This document shows, piece after piece, positions 30,808 to 41,811 of a DNA stretch of 64,000 nt. Both the position numbers and the translations under genes were made by a program. The notes beneath the pieces were generated by a model that had not been told where the DNA came from, searched no databases, and worked only from the letters and a program-made list of their open reading frames with translations. Position 1 is the first letter of the stretch. Each line of letters opens with the position of its first letter. The stretch is from the NCBI GenBank assembly GCA_963662435.1, contig OY759598.1, positions 3,442,507 to 3,506,506 on the forward strand, in the 5' to 3' direction. Source of the DNA: Dehalococcoidia bacterium. GTDB lineage: Bacteria > Chloroflexota > Dehalococcoidia > Lucifugimonadales > VXLM01.

Positions 30808-32001
30808 TTACGTCGCCTCAGACAATCGCCTGCTCGCCGCCGATACCGCCGCGCCCTGCGCAACCTCATACCCCTCGTCCGGCAAGATGCCCTCCAGCCC
30901 AGACAGCAGCGCCAGCAGGTACTCCGCCTTGCTCGACTCTCCCATCAGCCCTATCCTCCACACGTTCCCGTCGAACGGCCCGAACCCCTTGCCGATCTCG
31001 ATAGTGTGCTCCCTCAAGAGGCGTTGCCGCACCGTCTCGTCATCTACTCCGTCAGGGATCTTCACCGCAGTGATCTGGTCGAGCCGGTTCGACTCCGCCA
31101 CCAGGAAATCGAGGCCCAGCGCCGAGATGCCCGCCCTGAGCGCAGCCGAATTCCGCTGGTGACGAGCCACCCTGCTTTCGAGACCCTCTTCCAGCACGAT
31201 CCGAAGCGCCTCGCGTAGTCCCAGGATCATGCTTACCGGCGCCGTGTGGTGATATACATGCTCCGGCCCCCAGTAATTCGCGATGAGCTCAAGGTCGAGG
31301 TACCAGGACGGCGGCTTTGTCGTCCGGGACGCGATCACTTCCAGCGCCCTCGGACCGACCGCCACAGGCCCTATGCCCGGCGGAGCTCCCAGGCATTTCT
31401 GACTGCACGAATACGCATAGTCGATGCCCAGATCGTCGAAGGCAAACTCGCTCCCACCCAGCGACGTAACCGCGTCCACCATGACCATGGCGCCATGTGC
31501 CCTCGCCAGTTGTGCAATCTCACCCAATGGCTGCAGCACACCCGTCGAGGTCTCCGCGTGGACCACCGCCACCAGCTTTACCTCGTCCTGCCGGTCCAGC
31601 TCCTCTGCCAGCATCTCCGGCGGGAACGGTTCACCCCACTCTCCTCGAAGCACCACGGCGTTGGCGCCGAGCCGTTCGGCCATATCCGCCATTCGCTCCC
31701 CGAAGTACCCGCACGAGCAGACCACCACCGTATCGCCCGGTTCCAACAGGCTGTTCAGCCCCGCCTCCATTCCCGCGCTCCCGGTTCCCGGCAGCGCCAT
31801 GGCAAGCCCTTCTTCCGTCCGAAATACCCGCCGCAGGAGCTCCGATACCTCGTCCAGGACGACCATGAACTCCGGGTCGGCGTACCCGATCATCGGCGAC
31901 ATCATCGCCTGCAACACACGCGGACTCGTATTGCTCGGCCCCGGCCCTAGGAGAATTCTCGGCGGCATCACCGGCACCTTCGATTCGGGTAGGCTGCTCA
32001 T
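30808..32001 (-). CDS. Alanine-glyoxylate / serine-pyruvate aminotransferase (class V)
   Basis: LLGPGPS, HAETSTG, DAVTSLG and SQKCLGAPPG motifs. Confidence 0.92.
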   Translation of the reverse strand: MSSLPESKVPVMPPRILLGPGPSNTSPRVLQAMMSPMIGYADPEFMVVLDEVSELLRRVFRTEEGLAMALPGTGSAGMEAGLNSLLEPGDTVVVCSCGYFGERMADMAERLGANAVVLRGEWGEPFPPEMLAEELDRQDEVKLVAVVHAETSTGVLQPLGEIAQLARAHGAMVMVDAVTSLGGSEFAFDDLGIDYAYSCSQKCLGAPPGIGPVAVGPRALEVIASRTTKPPSWYLDLELIANYWGPEHVYHHTAPVSMILGLREALRIVLEEGLESRVARHQRNSAALRAGISALGLDFLVAESNRLDQITAVKIPDGVDDETVRQRLLREHTIEIGKGFGPFDGNVWRIGLMGESSKAEYLLALLSGLEGILPDEGYEVAQGAAVSAASRRLSEAT

Positions 32002-32277
32002 CTGTCTTCACCTCGTCGTCGTGGGGGTTCTCCCGTGCGCGCGCCGTATTATAGGTGACTCCCCGCTCCCTTCCAAGCCGCCTCCCACACCGTCATTCCC
32101 GCGTAGGCGGAAATCCCTCTTCGGCTACTGCCACAGACCGGGCGTCGATATTGCACGATAACACCCCACTCTGTCACTCCCGCGGATGCGGGAATCCCTC
32201 CTGTTTACCAACTTTTCACTTTTCAGGCCTTCCTTCGGTATAATCGAGTGGTAACGTAACGTTAGAGACGGGACGCC

Positions 32278-33342
32278 ATGAAGCGATTTTTCTACATATC
32301 GGCTTACGGGCTGCTTGCCCTCATGTCCCTTGTAATTGTCTCCTGTGGCGGAGACTCAGACACTCCCACCGAGCAGCCGACCGCGGTCGCCCAGACCGTC
32401 CCAACCACCGCTCCCCCTCCGACGCAGGCGCCGGATCCCACCGCGACCACCGTGCCGCCGACCTCGACACCGGTCCCAACACCGACGACGCCCCCAACGC
32501 CTGTGCCGACCGCGACCGAGGCTCCAACAGCCACACCGACGACGGTCCCCACTTCCACTGCAACTCCGGTCCCAACTTCGACCAACACGCCCATTCCCAC
32601 GGCGACGTCCACGCCCGTCCCGCCCACGGTGCCAGCATCGACATCGGACGGACAAGCAGCCGCTGAGCCCACCCCAACTGCTACCGCTACCTTTATCCCA
32701 ACGTTTACTCCCAGGCCGACTCGCACGCCGACTCCAACATCGACTCCCACGCCTACGATCACCCCAACTCCACTGCCTCCGACGCCGACGCCAGTCCCGC
32801 CGACGCCTACCAACACACCACTGCCTCCGACGCCGACGCCGGTCCCGCCGACTCCCACTACCGTGCCGACACCAGAGCCGACTCGATCTGCCGTCACGGC
32901 ACAACCCGGCACGAATATCGGCAATCTCGCCCCCGACTACGTCCTAAATATTGCGGGAGGCAGTCAGGTAAGTTCCACCGACATCGTGGCGCAGGGCAAG
33001 CCCGTCTTCATCCTGTTCCACGCAACGTGGTGACCGGACTGTCGCTCCGCGTTGCGGAGCCTGACCGAGGTCTACCCGCCCTTCAAGGATCAGGTGGAAC
33101 TCTACGCCGTGGCCTTCAATGAGTCCCTGAGCGACCTGCAGAACTACCAGAATGACAGCGGTCATGTAGGGACCGTGGCCAGGTCCGCGGGAAACATGAT
33201 TAGGGACTTTAGAGTGACCCAGCAGTCCACGAAAGTAGCCATTGACGCGAACGGCGTAATTATCTACCGAGCCGGCTTCGGAGGAGGCAGTGCGTCCGAA
33301 TGGACCACCGTCTTCCAACAACTGGCCAACAGCGCACAATAG
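32278..33342 (+). CDS. TlpA/redoxin-like lipoprotein, predicted selenoprotein (UPDC), with a long Pro/Thr linker
   Basis: FHATW-TGA(33031-33033)-PDCR continues in frame into ORF 33052-33342; lipobox IVSC. Confidence 0.85.
33044..33060 (+). promoter_or_regulatory. Candidate bacterial SECIS hairpin
   Basis: GCTCCGC-GTT-GCGGAGC; the loop starts with G, 17 nt after the UGA. Confidence 0.65.
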
Positions 33343-33462
33343 GAGACCGGTATCCAGAAAGACTGGGAACTTGATGTGCATGTCCGAAAATCCCGCACCC
33401 CCTTTACCGTCATTCCCGCGCAGGCGGGAATCCACCATCAAAGTCGTGGAGGTGACATCCTC

Positions 33463-34140
33463 ATGAATCGTGCAATCTTCATCCGATTGGCTATCGTCGC
33501 GTTCGCAACGCTGGCTTTACTCACCGCTGCCGCATGCGGAAGCGATTCGAGTACTTCCGACGAGTCCCAACCTTCCGATACGACTACGACCTCTCCTGCA
33601 CCTGCGCCGCCACCTCCACCCGCAGCGCAGACTTCCCCTCCACCCGCGGCCGCGCCGGAGCCAACTACTGCCCCTGCGCCCGCACCTTCCGAGGAGACCG
33701 TACCCGTAGGACACCGTGTCGGCGACCGCGCACCCGACTTTATGCTGGCACTCACCGGTGACCGGCAGGTCAACTCGGCCGATCTCGTGTCCGAGGGGAA
33801 ACCGGTATTCATCCTGTTCCACGCAACTTGGTGACCGGACTGCCGCTCCGCGTTGCGGGGCATTGGTTCCGTCTACCCGGCCTTTGAGGACTCGGTTGAC
33901 TTCTACGCGGTGGGTTTTAATGAGAGTCTGGATGTCCTCTCAGCAGCCCAGGATAGAAACGGGCATCCGGGAGAAGTGGCAAAGCCGAGCGCCTCGATGC
34001 TAAAAGACTTCAATGTGACGCGCCAGTCCACCAAGGTCGGCATCGACGGAAATGGCGTAATCGTCTACCGTGCCGGGATCGGACAGGGCGACACCAATGA
34101 GTGGCATGGCGTCTTAACGGAACTTGCGGCGGCTAACTGA
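33463..34140 (+). CDS. Second TlpA/redoxin-like lipoprotein, predicted selenoprotein (UPDC)
   Basis: FHATW-TGA(33832-33834)-PDCR in frame with ORF 33853-34140; lipobox AAAC; GGAGGT RBS. Confidence 0.85.
33845..33861 (+). promoter_or_regulatory. Candidate bacterial SECIS hairpin
   Basis: GCTCCGC-GTT-GCGGGGC at the same offset from the UGA; the only stem change turns U-A into U.G. Confidence 0.65.
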
Positions 34141-34145
34141 CGCCC

Positions 34146-35123
34146 TTGCCAAACGCCATGACAGACTCCCGACTGAAATTCGTCGTCCCCGGTGACAACC
34201 CGCCTCAGATCCAGGGATCGCCCCACCTCGACCGACTCAAGCCCTACGGCGATGTCGACGTCTACGTCGACCGCCCTTCGAGCATGGAAGAGCAGCTCGA
34301 ACGCGCCCGGGACGCCCACGCCATCATCAACACTCGCGGCGCCGTCAAGTGGCCCGCCGATGCCCTGCGAGCACTGCCCAGCCTTCGATTGATCGCCACC
34401 TGCTCAATCGGCGTCGACATGATCGACATTGCAGTCGCACGTGAGTTGGGCATTGTCGTCAGCAACCAGCCCGGGCGCACCGCTCCCGTAGTCGCCGAGC
34501 ACATCGTAGGTCTCATGTTTGCCGCCGCCAAACGCGCTGCATTCCAGACCATCGAACTCAAGGCCGGTCGCTGGACACTTATGCAGAACGTGACGCTCCA
34601 GGGCAACACCATCGGCATCGTCGGCACCGGCAACGTCGGACGCGAGGTGGCCAGAATCGCCAACGCCCTCGGCATGAAGTGCCTCGCGTGGACCTTCAAC
34701 CCCTCACCCGAACGAGCCAAGGAACTCGGCGTCGAGTTCGTAGAGTTCGACGATCTCCTGGAGCAGTCCGACGTGGTAAGCCTTCACGTTCGCCTCAGCC
34801 CCGACAGCCATCACATCATCGGCCCACGCGAACTCGCGTTGATGAAGCCAGGCGCGCTACTCATCAACGGCGGACGCGGTGAGCTTGTCGACGAGACGGC
34901 CTTGGTCGACGCCCTCCAGTCAGGACACCTTGCCGGTGCGGGCCTCGATGTCTTCTCACAGGAACCTCTCCCCGCTGATCACCCCATCCTGAGCTGCGAT
35001 CAGGTCGTCCTCACTCCCCATCTAGCCGACCAGACCCCCGAGGGCATCGAGCTCCTAAACGAAGGCGCCGTCTCCAACGTCATCGCCTTCCTCGAAGGCC
35101 GCCCCAACAACGTCGTTACGTAA
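34146..35123 (+). CDS. D-2-hydroxyacid dehydrogenase (SerA-like)
   Basis: VAEH, GIVGTGNVG, INGGRG, LDVF..EP and TPH motifs. Confidence 0.92.
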   Translation: MPNAMTDSRLKFVVPGDNPPQIQGSPHLDRLKPYGDVDVYVDRPSSMEEQLERARDAHAIINTRGAVKWPADALRALPSLRLIATCSIGVDMIDIAVARELGIVVSNQPGRTAPVVAEHIVGLMFAAAKRAAFQTIELKAGRWTLMQNVTLQGNTIGIVGTGNVGREVARIANALGMKCLAWTFNPSPERAKELGVEFVEFDDLLEQSDVVSLHVRLSPDSHHIIGPRELALMKPGALLINGGRGELVDETALVDALQSGHLAGAGLDVFSQEPLPADHPILSCDQVVLTPHLADQTPEGIELLNEGAVSNVIAFLEGRPNNVVT

Positions 35124-35240
35124 CGAGCCGTCAGCACGCGCGTAAAGGGGAACCCCCGTTCACCCTGAGCCTGTCGAAGGGTCGAGGGGCCATTCATAGT
35201 TCGACAAGCTCACCACGAACGGCTTCCTATGCCGTTCAAC

Positions 35241-36398
35241 CTACGACTCCCTGGAGCGTCGAAACGGCTGACCCCTTCGATAGGTGGCGACCCGCCAGAG
35301 CCACTCCGCAGGCCCGAACAGGAAGCGACTCAACCACGCCTTCGACCACCAAAGCTGCAGCGCCCACACCGCGAACACGAACACCAACACGGCGCCTCGG
35401 TTCACAAAGTCGGCATCTCCGAGCACCACCGTCAATACTATCAAGCCCAGCGCCGACTGCGACAGGTAGTTGGTCAACGCCATCCTCCCGACCGCGCGCA
35501 GGCGCTCCTTGAACCAATTGTCCGCGCGGTTGTTCCAGAGGATGATGATGCTCATGTATCCCAACGAGGCGGGAATGGTGCCCAGGGTGTTGGGAATCTG
35601 GCCCATGAATGCGATATCGCGGGAGTAGTCGTTCACTGCGGTGATGATGACACCGGCGGCGGCAAGCGGCAGTCCGACGGCAAGCCCGATCACGGCGATA
35701 CGCCGGTACGTCCTCGCGGGCAGACCGCCATTCATGAAGCCTGCTCGATAAAGGCCGGCCCCAACGAGGATCAGTCCCAAAGCTCGCAGGAAGAAGCCCA
35801 GTAGATAAAGTGGCGCGATAACCTCATCTTCTGCGATCTCGCCGGGTGTCCAGAGACCGGAAAGCGATGCATCGGTCGTGTCGGCGATGACCTGTGTGAG
35901 CAGCGTACTGAAGACGGACAGCAGGAACACGGCAACACCGAGGGATATCAGCGCCCAATTCGGCATTTTTCGCAGGGCCAGGAGAAAGACCGACGACACT
36001 GCGTAGACCATAAGCACGTCGCCGTCCCATATTTGGAAATGGAGGATGCCGATGACCAGCAGCAGCGCGTTCCGCCAAAGGTTCAGCACGACCGCGCGTC
36101 TTCCCTTCTCGCTGGCACGGTCGATGAAGAGAATCATCCCCGCGCCGAACAGGAGCGAAAACAACCCCATAAACTTCTGGTCGACAAAGACCTCCCCGAA
36201 TATCCCCACGGCCCAGTCGAGCCATGTCTCCGAGCCGCCCGCGCTCAGATTGAAGTAAGGCGCATTGCCGAGTCCGAACAGCACGGCGTTCATCAACAAA
36301 ATGCCGAGCACGGCAACCCCGCGTATCAGGTCGAGACTGGTTATCCGCCCGGACTCGCGAACGGGACCCGTTTCAGTGGTCTGAGAAGAAGTCGCCAA
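35241..36398 (-). CDS. DUF418 (YeiB-like) membrane protein
   Basis: RITSLDLIRGVAVLGILLMN, GRMALTNYL.QS and GPAEWLWR motifs; TTG start after AAGGAG. Confidence 0.88.
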   Translation of the reverse strand: MATSSQTTETGPVRESGRITSLDLIRGVAVLGILLMNAVLFGLGNAPYFNLSAGGSETWLDWAVGIFGEVFVDQKFMGLFSLLFGAGMILFIDRASEKGRRAVVLNLWRNALLLVIGILHFQIWDGDVLMVYAVSSVFLLALRKMPNWALISLGVAVFLLSVFSTLLTQVIADTTDASLSGLWTPGEIAEDEVIAPLYLLGFFLRALGLILVGAGLYRAGFMNGGLPARTYRRIAVIGLAVGLPLAAAGVIITAVNDYSRDIAFMGQIPNTLGTIPASLGYMSIIILWNNRADNWFKERLRAVGRMALTNYLSQSALGLIVLTVVLGDADFVNRGAVLVFVFAVWALQLWWSKAWLSRFLFGPAEWLWRVATYRRGQPFRRSRES

Positions 36399-36604
36399 GA
36401 AATCAGGCTCCTTAGGTGAGATTGGGAGAGCCACGCAGACTCGGTTCAGTCGATGTCTGCGGCGGGCATTGTACAAGGAACCCTTGGTTAGCCGAAAGTC
36501 ACCCGTCGCCGGCAATATCCAAGACCCCGCTCCGTCATTCCGGCGGAAGCCGGAATCCATTTGGGTGGGGACGCAGGATTGAAGGAGAATTCCTACCCCA
36601 GTAC

Positions 36605-36648
36605 CTGTCATTCCGAACGCAGCGAAGCGCAGTGAGGAATCTAAAATC
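36605..36648. repeat. Dispersed repeat family E (gtcatt.cgaacgcagcg.agcg.agtga.gaatc)
   Basis: Second copy at about 56485-56529. Confidence 0.7.
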
Positions 36649-36795
36649 CTCGCCTTCCAAAACCCGCCCCACACGCACCGCTCCCTCCTTCCTCCTTCCC
36701 CTCTGCGTTCTCCGCGCCCGCTGCGGTGAGTCCCAACCCCTCGACACCCTCCGCTTTTGACTTCCCACCACACCCTCATCCACAATATATCCATC

Positions 36796-37590
36796 ATGGA
36801 TGAACGACTCACAACCAATCGCGCCAACTGGAACGAGCGCACGCCCGTCCACGCCGCCTCCGACTTCTACGACGTGGACGGTTTCAAAAAGGGACGAATC
36901 ACCCTAACCGACATTGAGCGTCGTGAGGTCGGCGACATCTCCGGCAAGTCGCTTCTCCACCTTCAGTGCCACTTCGGGATGGACACCATGTCATGGTCCC
37001 GCCTCGGTGCGAAGGCCACCGGCGTCGACTTCTCGGACACCGCCATAGACCTCGCCCGCTCCCTCAACGACGAGGTTGGCGCCGACGCCCGCTTCATCCG
37101 CTCGGACGTATACGACCTGCCGGACGTGCTGGACGAAGAATTCGACATCGTCTTCACGTCTGTGGGTGTTCTGTGCTGGCTGCCCGACCTCGACAAGTGG
37201 GCCTCAGTCGTCCACCGCTTCCTCCGACCGGGAGGCACGTTCTACATACTAGATGTTCACCCCTTCATAGGCATCTGGGAAGAGGACGACACAGGCAACA
37301 TAGTCCCGACGTATAGCTATTCTCGACAAGAATTCTATTTTGAAGGCAACCACCAAACCTACACAGGCGGAGACTCCATCGCCAGCCCCGTCTATGAGTG
37401 GCAGCACAGTCTCGGCGAGATCGTGACCGCCCTTAGCGGTGCCGGCCTCACCATCGAGTTCCTCCACGAGTTCCCTCAGTCCTTCTTCAAAGCCTTCCCA
37501 TCGATGACCAAACACGAAGACGGCTGGTGGCGCTTCCCCCAGCGCAACGAGTCCTTCCCGCAGATCTTCTCGATCAAGGCCACCAAGTGA
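36796..37590 (+). CDS. Class I SAM-dependent methyltransferase
   Basis: LLHLQCHFG.DT and LRPGG.FYI.D.HP motifs. Confidence 0.9.
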   Translation: MDERLTTNRANWNERTPVHAASDFYDVDGFKKGRITLTDIERREVGDISGKSLLHLQCHFGMDTMSWSRLGAKATGVDFSDTAIDLARSLNDEVGADARFIRSDVYDLPDVLDEEFDIVFTSVGVLCWLPDLDKWASVVHRFLRPGGTFYILDVHPFIGIWEEDDTGNIVPTYSYSRQEFYFEGNHQTYTGGDSIASPVYEWQHSLGEIVTALSGAGLTIEFLHEFPQSFFKAFPSMTKHEDGWWRFPQRNESFPQIFSIKATK

Positions 37591-38300
37591 CTCGCGCCGT
37601 CCAGCCGGACTCACCGCAGCAACCGGTCAAGCTCAGCGTCACGGAGGGTTACTCGCGCTGGGCCAAGTTCTATGACACCAAGTGGAACACCCTCATTGCC
37701 GCGGAGGAACTGTACTCACTGCCGATACTCGAAAATCTGGTGGGTGAGACCGCGCTCGACGTTGGGGCGGGTACGGGTCGTTTCTCTCTCAAGCTGGCGC
37801 GAAATGGATGGAAAGTCACTGCCCTCGATCCCAATTCGCAAATGCTCTCATTTGCAAAACGCGCCGCAGGCGATGAGGGACTTACGATACAGTTTATGCA
37901 TTCGCCAATTGAAGGTGGCCTTTCTACCCCATCAACCTCTTTTGACCTAGTCGTATGTGCCCTGACTCTCTGCCACATTCCCGACCTGCGGAATGCTATC
38001 CGAGAGTTTCACCGAGCTTTAGCCCCCGGCGGCCATCTGCTCATCACCGATGTACATCCCGACTTCATCGCCGCCGGTATGCCAACACAGTTTGTCGAGG
38101 ACGAAGTGACCTATCACCTCCCCAACGAACCGCACACCCGCGATAATTATCTGCAAGCTATTGCGGATACGGGCCTCGACATTTCCAAAGTACTGGATAT
38201 TCCCGGCAAGGAAACTCCCGGGGGATTCATCAACCCATTCATGCGAGAGAATTTCGGTGACGTAAACTTCGCCTTGATAGTGCTGGCGAGGAAGGAATAG
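37587..38300 (+). CDS. Class I SAM-dependent methyltransferase
   Basis: ALDVGAGTGR and LAPGGHLLITDVHP motifs; GTGA overlap with the upstream gene. Confidence 0.88.
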   Translation: MTRAVQPDSPQQPVKLSVTEGYSRWAKFYDTKWNTLIAAEELYSLPILENLVGETALDVGAGTGRFSLKLARNGWKVTALDPNSQMLSFAKRAAGDEGLTIQFMHSPIEGGLSTPSTSFDLVVCALTLCHIPDLRNAIREFHRALAPGGHLLITDVHPDFIAAGMPTQFVEDEVTYHLPNEPHTRDNYLQAIADTGLDISKVLDIPGKETPGGFINPFMRENFGDVNFALIVLARKE

Positions 38301-38343
38301 AAACCAGTGCAGCTCACATTTCTAGGAGTAAGAGCAAATCCAA

Positions 38344-38964
38344 TTGAAAAAACCGATGCAGATCACCCTGATGAGACACGGTCGCTCCCGCGCCGACGAC
38401 GAGATGGTGCACGAGGGTAGGTACGACTCGCCCCTCACCGATGTCGGACGTGCCCAGGTGAGGTCCCGTGCCGAGCAGTGGAAGCAAAGCGGCGTCACCT
38501 TCGACCTGATAGTCGCCAGCACCCTCGTCCGTGCATCCGAGAGCGCCCGCATCGTCGGCGAGGTCCTCGACATTCCCATCGAGTACGACCCCGACTGGAT
38601 GGAGCGCGACAACGGCCCCCTGGCCGGTCTGCCCTTCGACGAGGCCAGAGAACGTTACCCTAAACCCGAACACACCAACCCCTTCCAGCCCCACGTCCCC
38701 TCCACCGGCGAGGGTGAGAGTGGCTGGGACCTGCTTGGCCGCGGAGCAAGGGCCCTCCAGAACGTCGTCAGACGCGGCCTTCCCTCGACACTCGTCGTCG
38801 CCCACGGAGGAGTCCTCAACGCCGCCATGTACTGCCTTCTGGGCGTCTCGCCACACCCCGGCATCGTGCGCTTCGCCTTCGGCGACGCCTGCTTCGTCCG
38901 CACCTCCTACGATTACAATAGCGACCAATGGATCATCAGGGAGATGTCAGCCCAATCGGACTAG
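38344..38964 (+). CDS. Histidine phosphatase (phosphoglycerate mutase-like)
   Basis: RHG and VVAHGG motifs. Confidence 0.9.
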   Translation: MKKPMQITLMRHGRSRADDEMVHEGRYDSPLTDVGRAQVRSRAEQWKQSGVTFDLIVASTLVRASESARIVGEVLDIPIEYDPDWMERDNGPLAGLPFDEARERYPKPEHTNPFQPHVPSTGEGESGWDLLGRGARALQNVVRRGLPSTLVVAHGGVLNAAMYCLLGVSPHPGIVRFAFGDACFVRTSYDYNSDQWIIREMSAQSD

Positions 38965-39069
38965 GCAAACTGCCCCCTGACCGGTTCCACACAATTGACC
39001 GCAGAAGAAACCACGTTCGCCCTGAGCCTGTCGAAGGGCAATTCACCGCCAACACAGGCGTAACCCGGC

Positions 39070-39600
39070 ATGGAACTCTACATAATCTATGGCCTCCCCG
39101 GCGTTGGAAAGCTGACAATAGCCAGAAAGCTAATGCTCCTGCTGCCCGGCTACAGGCTGTTCCACATACACCAGCTCGCGGACATGCTAGAGTCGGTCTT
39201 TGGCTTCGATGGTCGGGGATTCGTCGAGCTGCGCAATCGGATGTGGCCCATGGTCATCGAGCGTGCCGTATCCGACGGGATCCCTGGACTCATCACCACA
39301 TTCGTCTTCGAGAAGTCCCTGCCCGATGAGATGGTCCCGAGCGTCCGCGATCACGTCATTGAGGCCGGCGGCAGGGTACGGTTCGTTCACCTGACCTGCG
39401 AGAAAGCGGAAAACGACCGACGCCTATCAAGCCCGGAACGGACTCGCTTCAGTAAGATGACCTCAGTCGAAGAATTCGACAAGATCCTTGAGTCCGGCCA
39501 CTTCACAACTCCGGACGAATTGGGCGACACACTTACTCTGGATACGACACACCTGACCTCCGCACAAGCTGCGAAGAATATAGTAGGCCACTGGAAGTGA
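39070..39600 (+). CDS. P-loop kinase-like protein
   Basis: YGLPGVGKLT Walker A. Confidence 0.8.
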   Translation: MELYIIYGLPGVGKLTIARKLMLLLPGYRLFHIHQLADMLESVFGFDGRGFVELRNRMWPMVIERAVSDGIPGLITTFVFEKSLPDEMVPSVRDHVIEAGGRVRFVHLTCEKAENDRRLSSPERTRFSKMTSVEEFDKILESGHFTTPDELGDTLTLDTTHLTSAQAAKNIVGHWK

Positions 39601-39756
39601 GTTCAATTTGAAGCCAACACCACCTTGTCCTACACTTGACATGTTGATTAACGTATTCTGATTACCCGTTCGTGCTGAGCCTGTCGAAGCACGAGTCCAT
39701 TGTTAGTTCAAGATTCTGACATAGCCCTCGTAAATATTCTGTTCAAGGAGACCCAA

Positions 39757-40152
39757 TTGAAAATAACCCGCAACAACCACGAAGACATATACCCCGCAGG
39801 CCCCACCTACATCCGCTCGATCCGCGCGGGCAACACCCTCTACATCTCCGGCTGCACAGCCCGCAACTCCGACGCTGATGGCGGTCCAGTCTTCGACCAA
39901 CTCCGAGTCACCATCGACCGCATCGTGCGCATCGTCGAAGCCTCGGGCGGTACCGCCTCCAACATCGTCGCCATGACCACCTACTCCACCGATATGCGTA
40001 CCATGTGGCCCATCGAGGGTGAGCAGGTGGAGATATGGGAGCACTACTTCAAGGGTATCTGGCCCACCAACTCCTACGTCGAGGTCTCCGCACTCGCCGA
40101 GCCGGGACTCAACGTCGAGATCACCGCCACCGCCGTCCTCGACGATGACTAG
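39757..40152 (+). CDS. RidA/YjgF-family protein
   Basis: GNTLYISG...PTNSYVEVSALA.PG..VEI; TTG start after AAGGAG. Confidence 0.85.
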   Translation: MKITRNNHEDIYPAGPTYIRSIRAGNTLYISGCTARNSDADGGPVFDQLRVTIDRIVRIVEASGGTASNIVAMTTYSTDMRTMWPIEGEQVEIWEHYFKGIWPTNSYVEVSALAEPGLNVEITATAVLDDD

Positions 40153-40954
40153 CGACAGCCTCGCGGCCCTTGTCGACCGTGCGATCGACGACTTCCCCTC
40201 CTACGCAGACGAAGAACACTTCGACGCCCAGGGCGCGGTCTTCGTCAGAAATCGTTCGATTCCCGACAAGTACTCCGCCAACCACGTCGAGCAGGTGTCC
40301 GCATCGACCCCCCAGGAGATCGCCCGTCTGAGCGAACGCATCGAGGTTGAGTTTAGGGGCTACCGACATCGCTGCTTCTACGTCGACCGCGATACGCCGG
40401 TGGAGTTCGAGGCATGGCTTCTCATGGAAGGCTACCAACGCTCCGACTCCCTCGTGATGGTCCTGACCGACGACCTGTGCGGCATACCCAAACCCTACGA
40501 GATTCGCCTCGTGGACTCCGGCGCTGAATGGCAGGGGCTCTACGACCTCATCGCCCTGGCAGACGGTGAATTCGATCGCAGCACTCCACCGCAGACCGAC
40601 ATCGAACGTTCGCCCGACGCGCAAGACAAACGCATCGCCGCCATGCAATCTATCTCCCCTCCCGTCAGGTTCTGGCTCGCATACGCCGAGGACGGATTAC
40701 CGGGAGCCTTCTTCTCGTCATGGACGAGCAGCGACGGCATGGCAGTCCTCGACGACCTCTACACGCACCCCGACTATCGCCGCCGGGGCCTCGCCACCGC
40801 CCTTATCCACCACTGCGTGGCCGACACCCGGGCAAGGGGCGCCGGTCCCGTCGCCCTCGAAACCGACCCAAGCGACTCACCCAGACACATGTACGCCTCA
40901 ATGGGCTTCCGCCCCCTATCCCTCTCTCACGAATACCTGAAGACCTTCGAGTGA
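40145..40954 (+). CDS. GNAT acetyltransferase
   Basis: THPDYRRRGLATAL and MYASMGF motifs. Confidence 0.85.
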   Translation: MTSDSLAALVDRAIDDFPSYADEEHFDAQGAVFVRNRSIPDKYSANHVEQVSASTPQEIARLSERIEVEFRGYRHRCFYVDRDTPVEFEAWLLMEGYQRSDSLVMVLTDDLCGIPKPYEIRLVDSGAEWQGLYDLIALADGEFDRSTPPQTDIERSPDAQDKRIAAMQSISPPVRFWLAYAEDGLPGAFFSSWTSSDGMAVLDDLYTHPDYRRRGLATALIHHCVADTRARGAGPVALETDPSDSPRHMYASMGFRPLSLSHEYLKTFE

Positions 40955-41004
40955 TGCCCCCCTGTCCCGTTCGCGGGAGAGGGTTGGGGTGATGGCAACC
41001 ACCC

Positions 41005-41811
41005 CTACCAGATACTCCACCCGCCGTCCACGATCAGGTTGTGCCCCGTAATCCACGACCCCGCGGGCGACGCCAGCAGCGCCACCGCCCCCTTGAGGTC
41101 GTCCGCCGCCCCCGTGCGTCCAAGGGCGTTCGCCTGTCGCGCCCGTTCTACCATGACCGGATCGGCCGTCTGCCCCGGAATCTGCCCCGGACTGATGCAG
41201 TTCGCCGTGATGCCGCGATCCCCAAGCTCCATCGCGAGGTAGCGTGTGAAGTTGATGATGCCGCCCTTGGCCGTCTGGTACGCCGCGCCGCCACGCTTGA
41301 ACCCCGTCCCCTCGTAGAAGCGCTTGTCGTTCGTCAGCGACCCGTGAATCGACCCGATAGTGATGATCGAACCCGACCCCTGCTTCACCATCACCTTAGC
41401 GGATTCATTCGCGCACACGTACGCACTCGTCACGTTCATTTCCAGCGTCGCGGTGAACTCCGACACGTCGCCTTCCGGAATGTAGGTTGGCTCTGCCCCT
41501 CCACCGCCCGCGTTGCACACCATCACGTCCAACCTTCCGTGCCGTTCGACAATCGTCTCCACCATCGCGGCGACCTGGCCGGGATCTGTCGCGTCGCACC
41601 CCATTCCCTCTACCTTCAGCCCATCAGCCGACATCTCAGCAGCAACCTGCTCGCAAAGCTCCTTCCGCCGGCTCGCGATGACTACCGTTGCTCCAAGCTC
41701 GGCCAACGCCGTCGCCATGGCGCGTCCCAGATGCGTCCCCCCGCCAGTAACGACGGCAACCCGTCCCGTCATGTCGAACAATTCCGTGATCTTCATTGTC
41801 AAAACGAGCAC
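41005..41811 (-). CDS. Short-chain dehydrogenase/reductase
   Basis: TGGGTHLG, CNAG, YQTAK and VDGG motifs. Confidence 0.92.
   Translation of the reverse strand: MLVLTMKITELFDMTGRVAVVTGGGTHLGRAMATALAELGATVVIASRRKELCEQVAAEMSADGLKVEGMGCDATDPGQVAAMVETIVERHGRLDVMVCNAGGGGAEPTYIPEGDVSEFTATLEMNVTSAYVCANESAKVMVKQGSGSIITIGSIHGSLTNDKRFYEGTGFKRGGAAYQTAKGGIINFTRYLAMELGDRGITANCISPGQIPGQTADPVMVERARQANALGRTGAADDLKGAVALLASPAGSWITGHNLIVDGGWSIW

Noticed and set aside
32360..32880. Low-complexity repeats as a non-coding array
   Set aside because: They encode the Pro/Thr linker of the redoxin lipoprotein and show codon periodicity
36399..36842. N-terminal extension of the 533-aa DUF418 ORF
   Set aside because: It runs through intergenic repeat elements; a TTG with an AAGGAG RBS at 36398 is the better start
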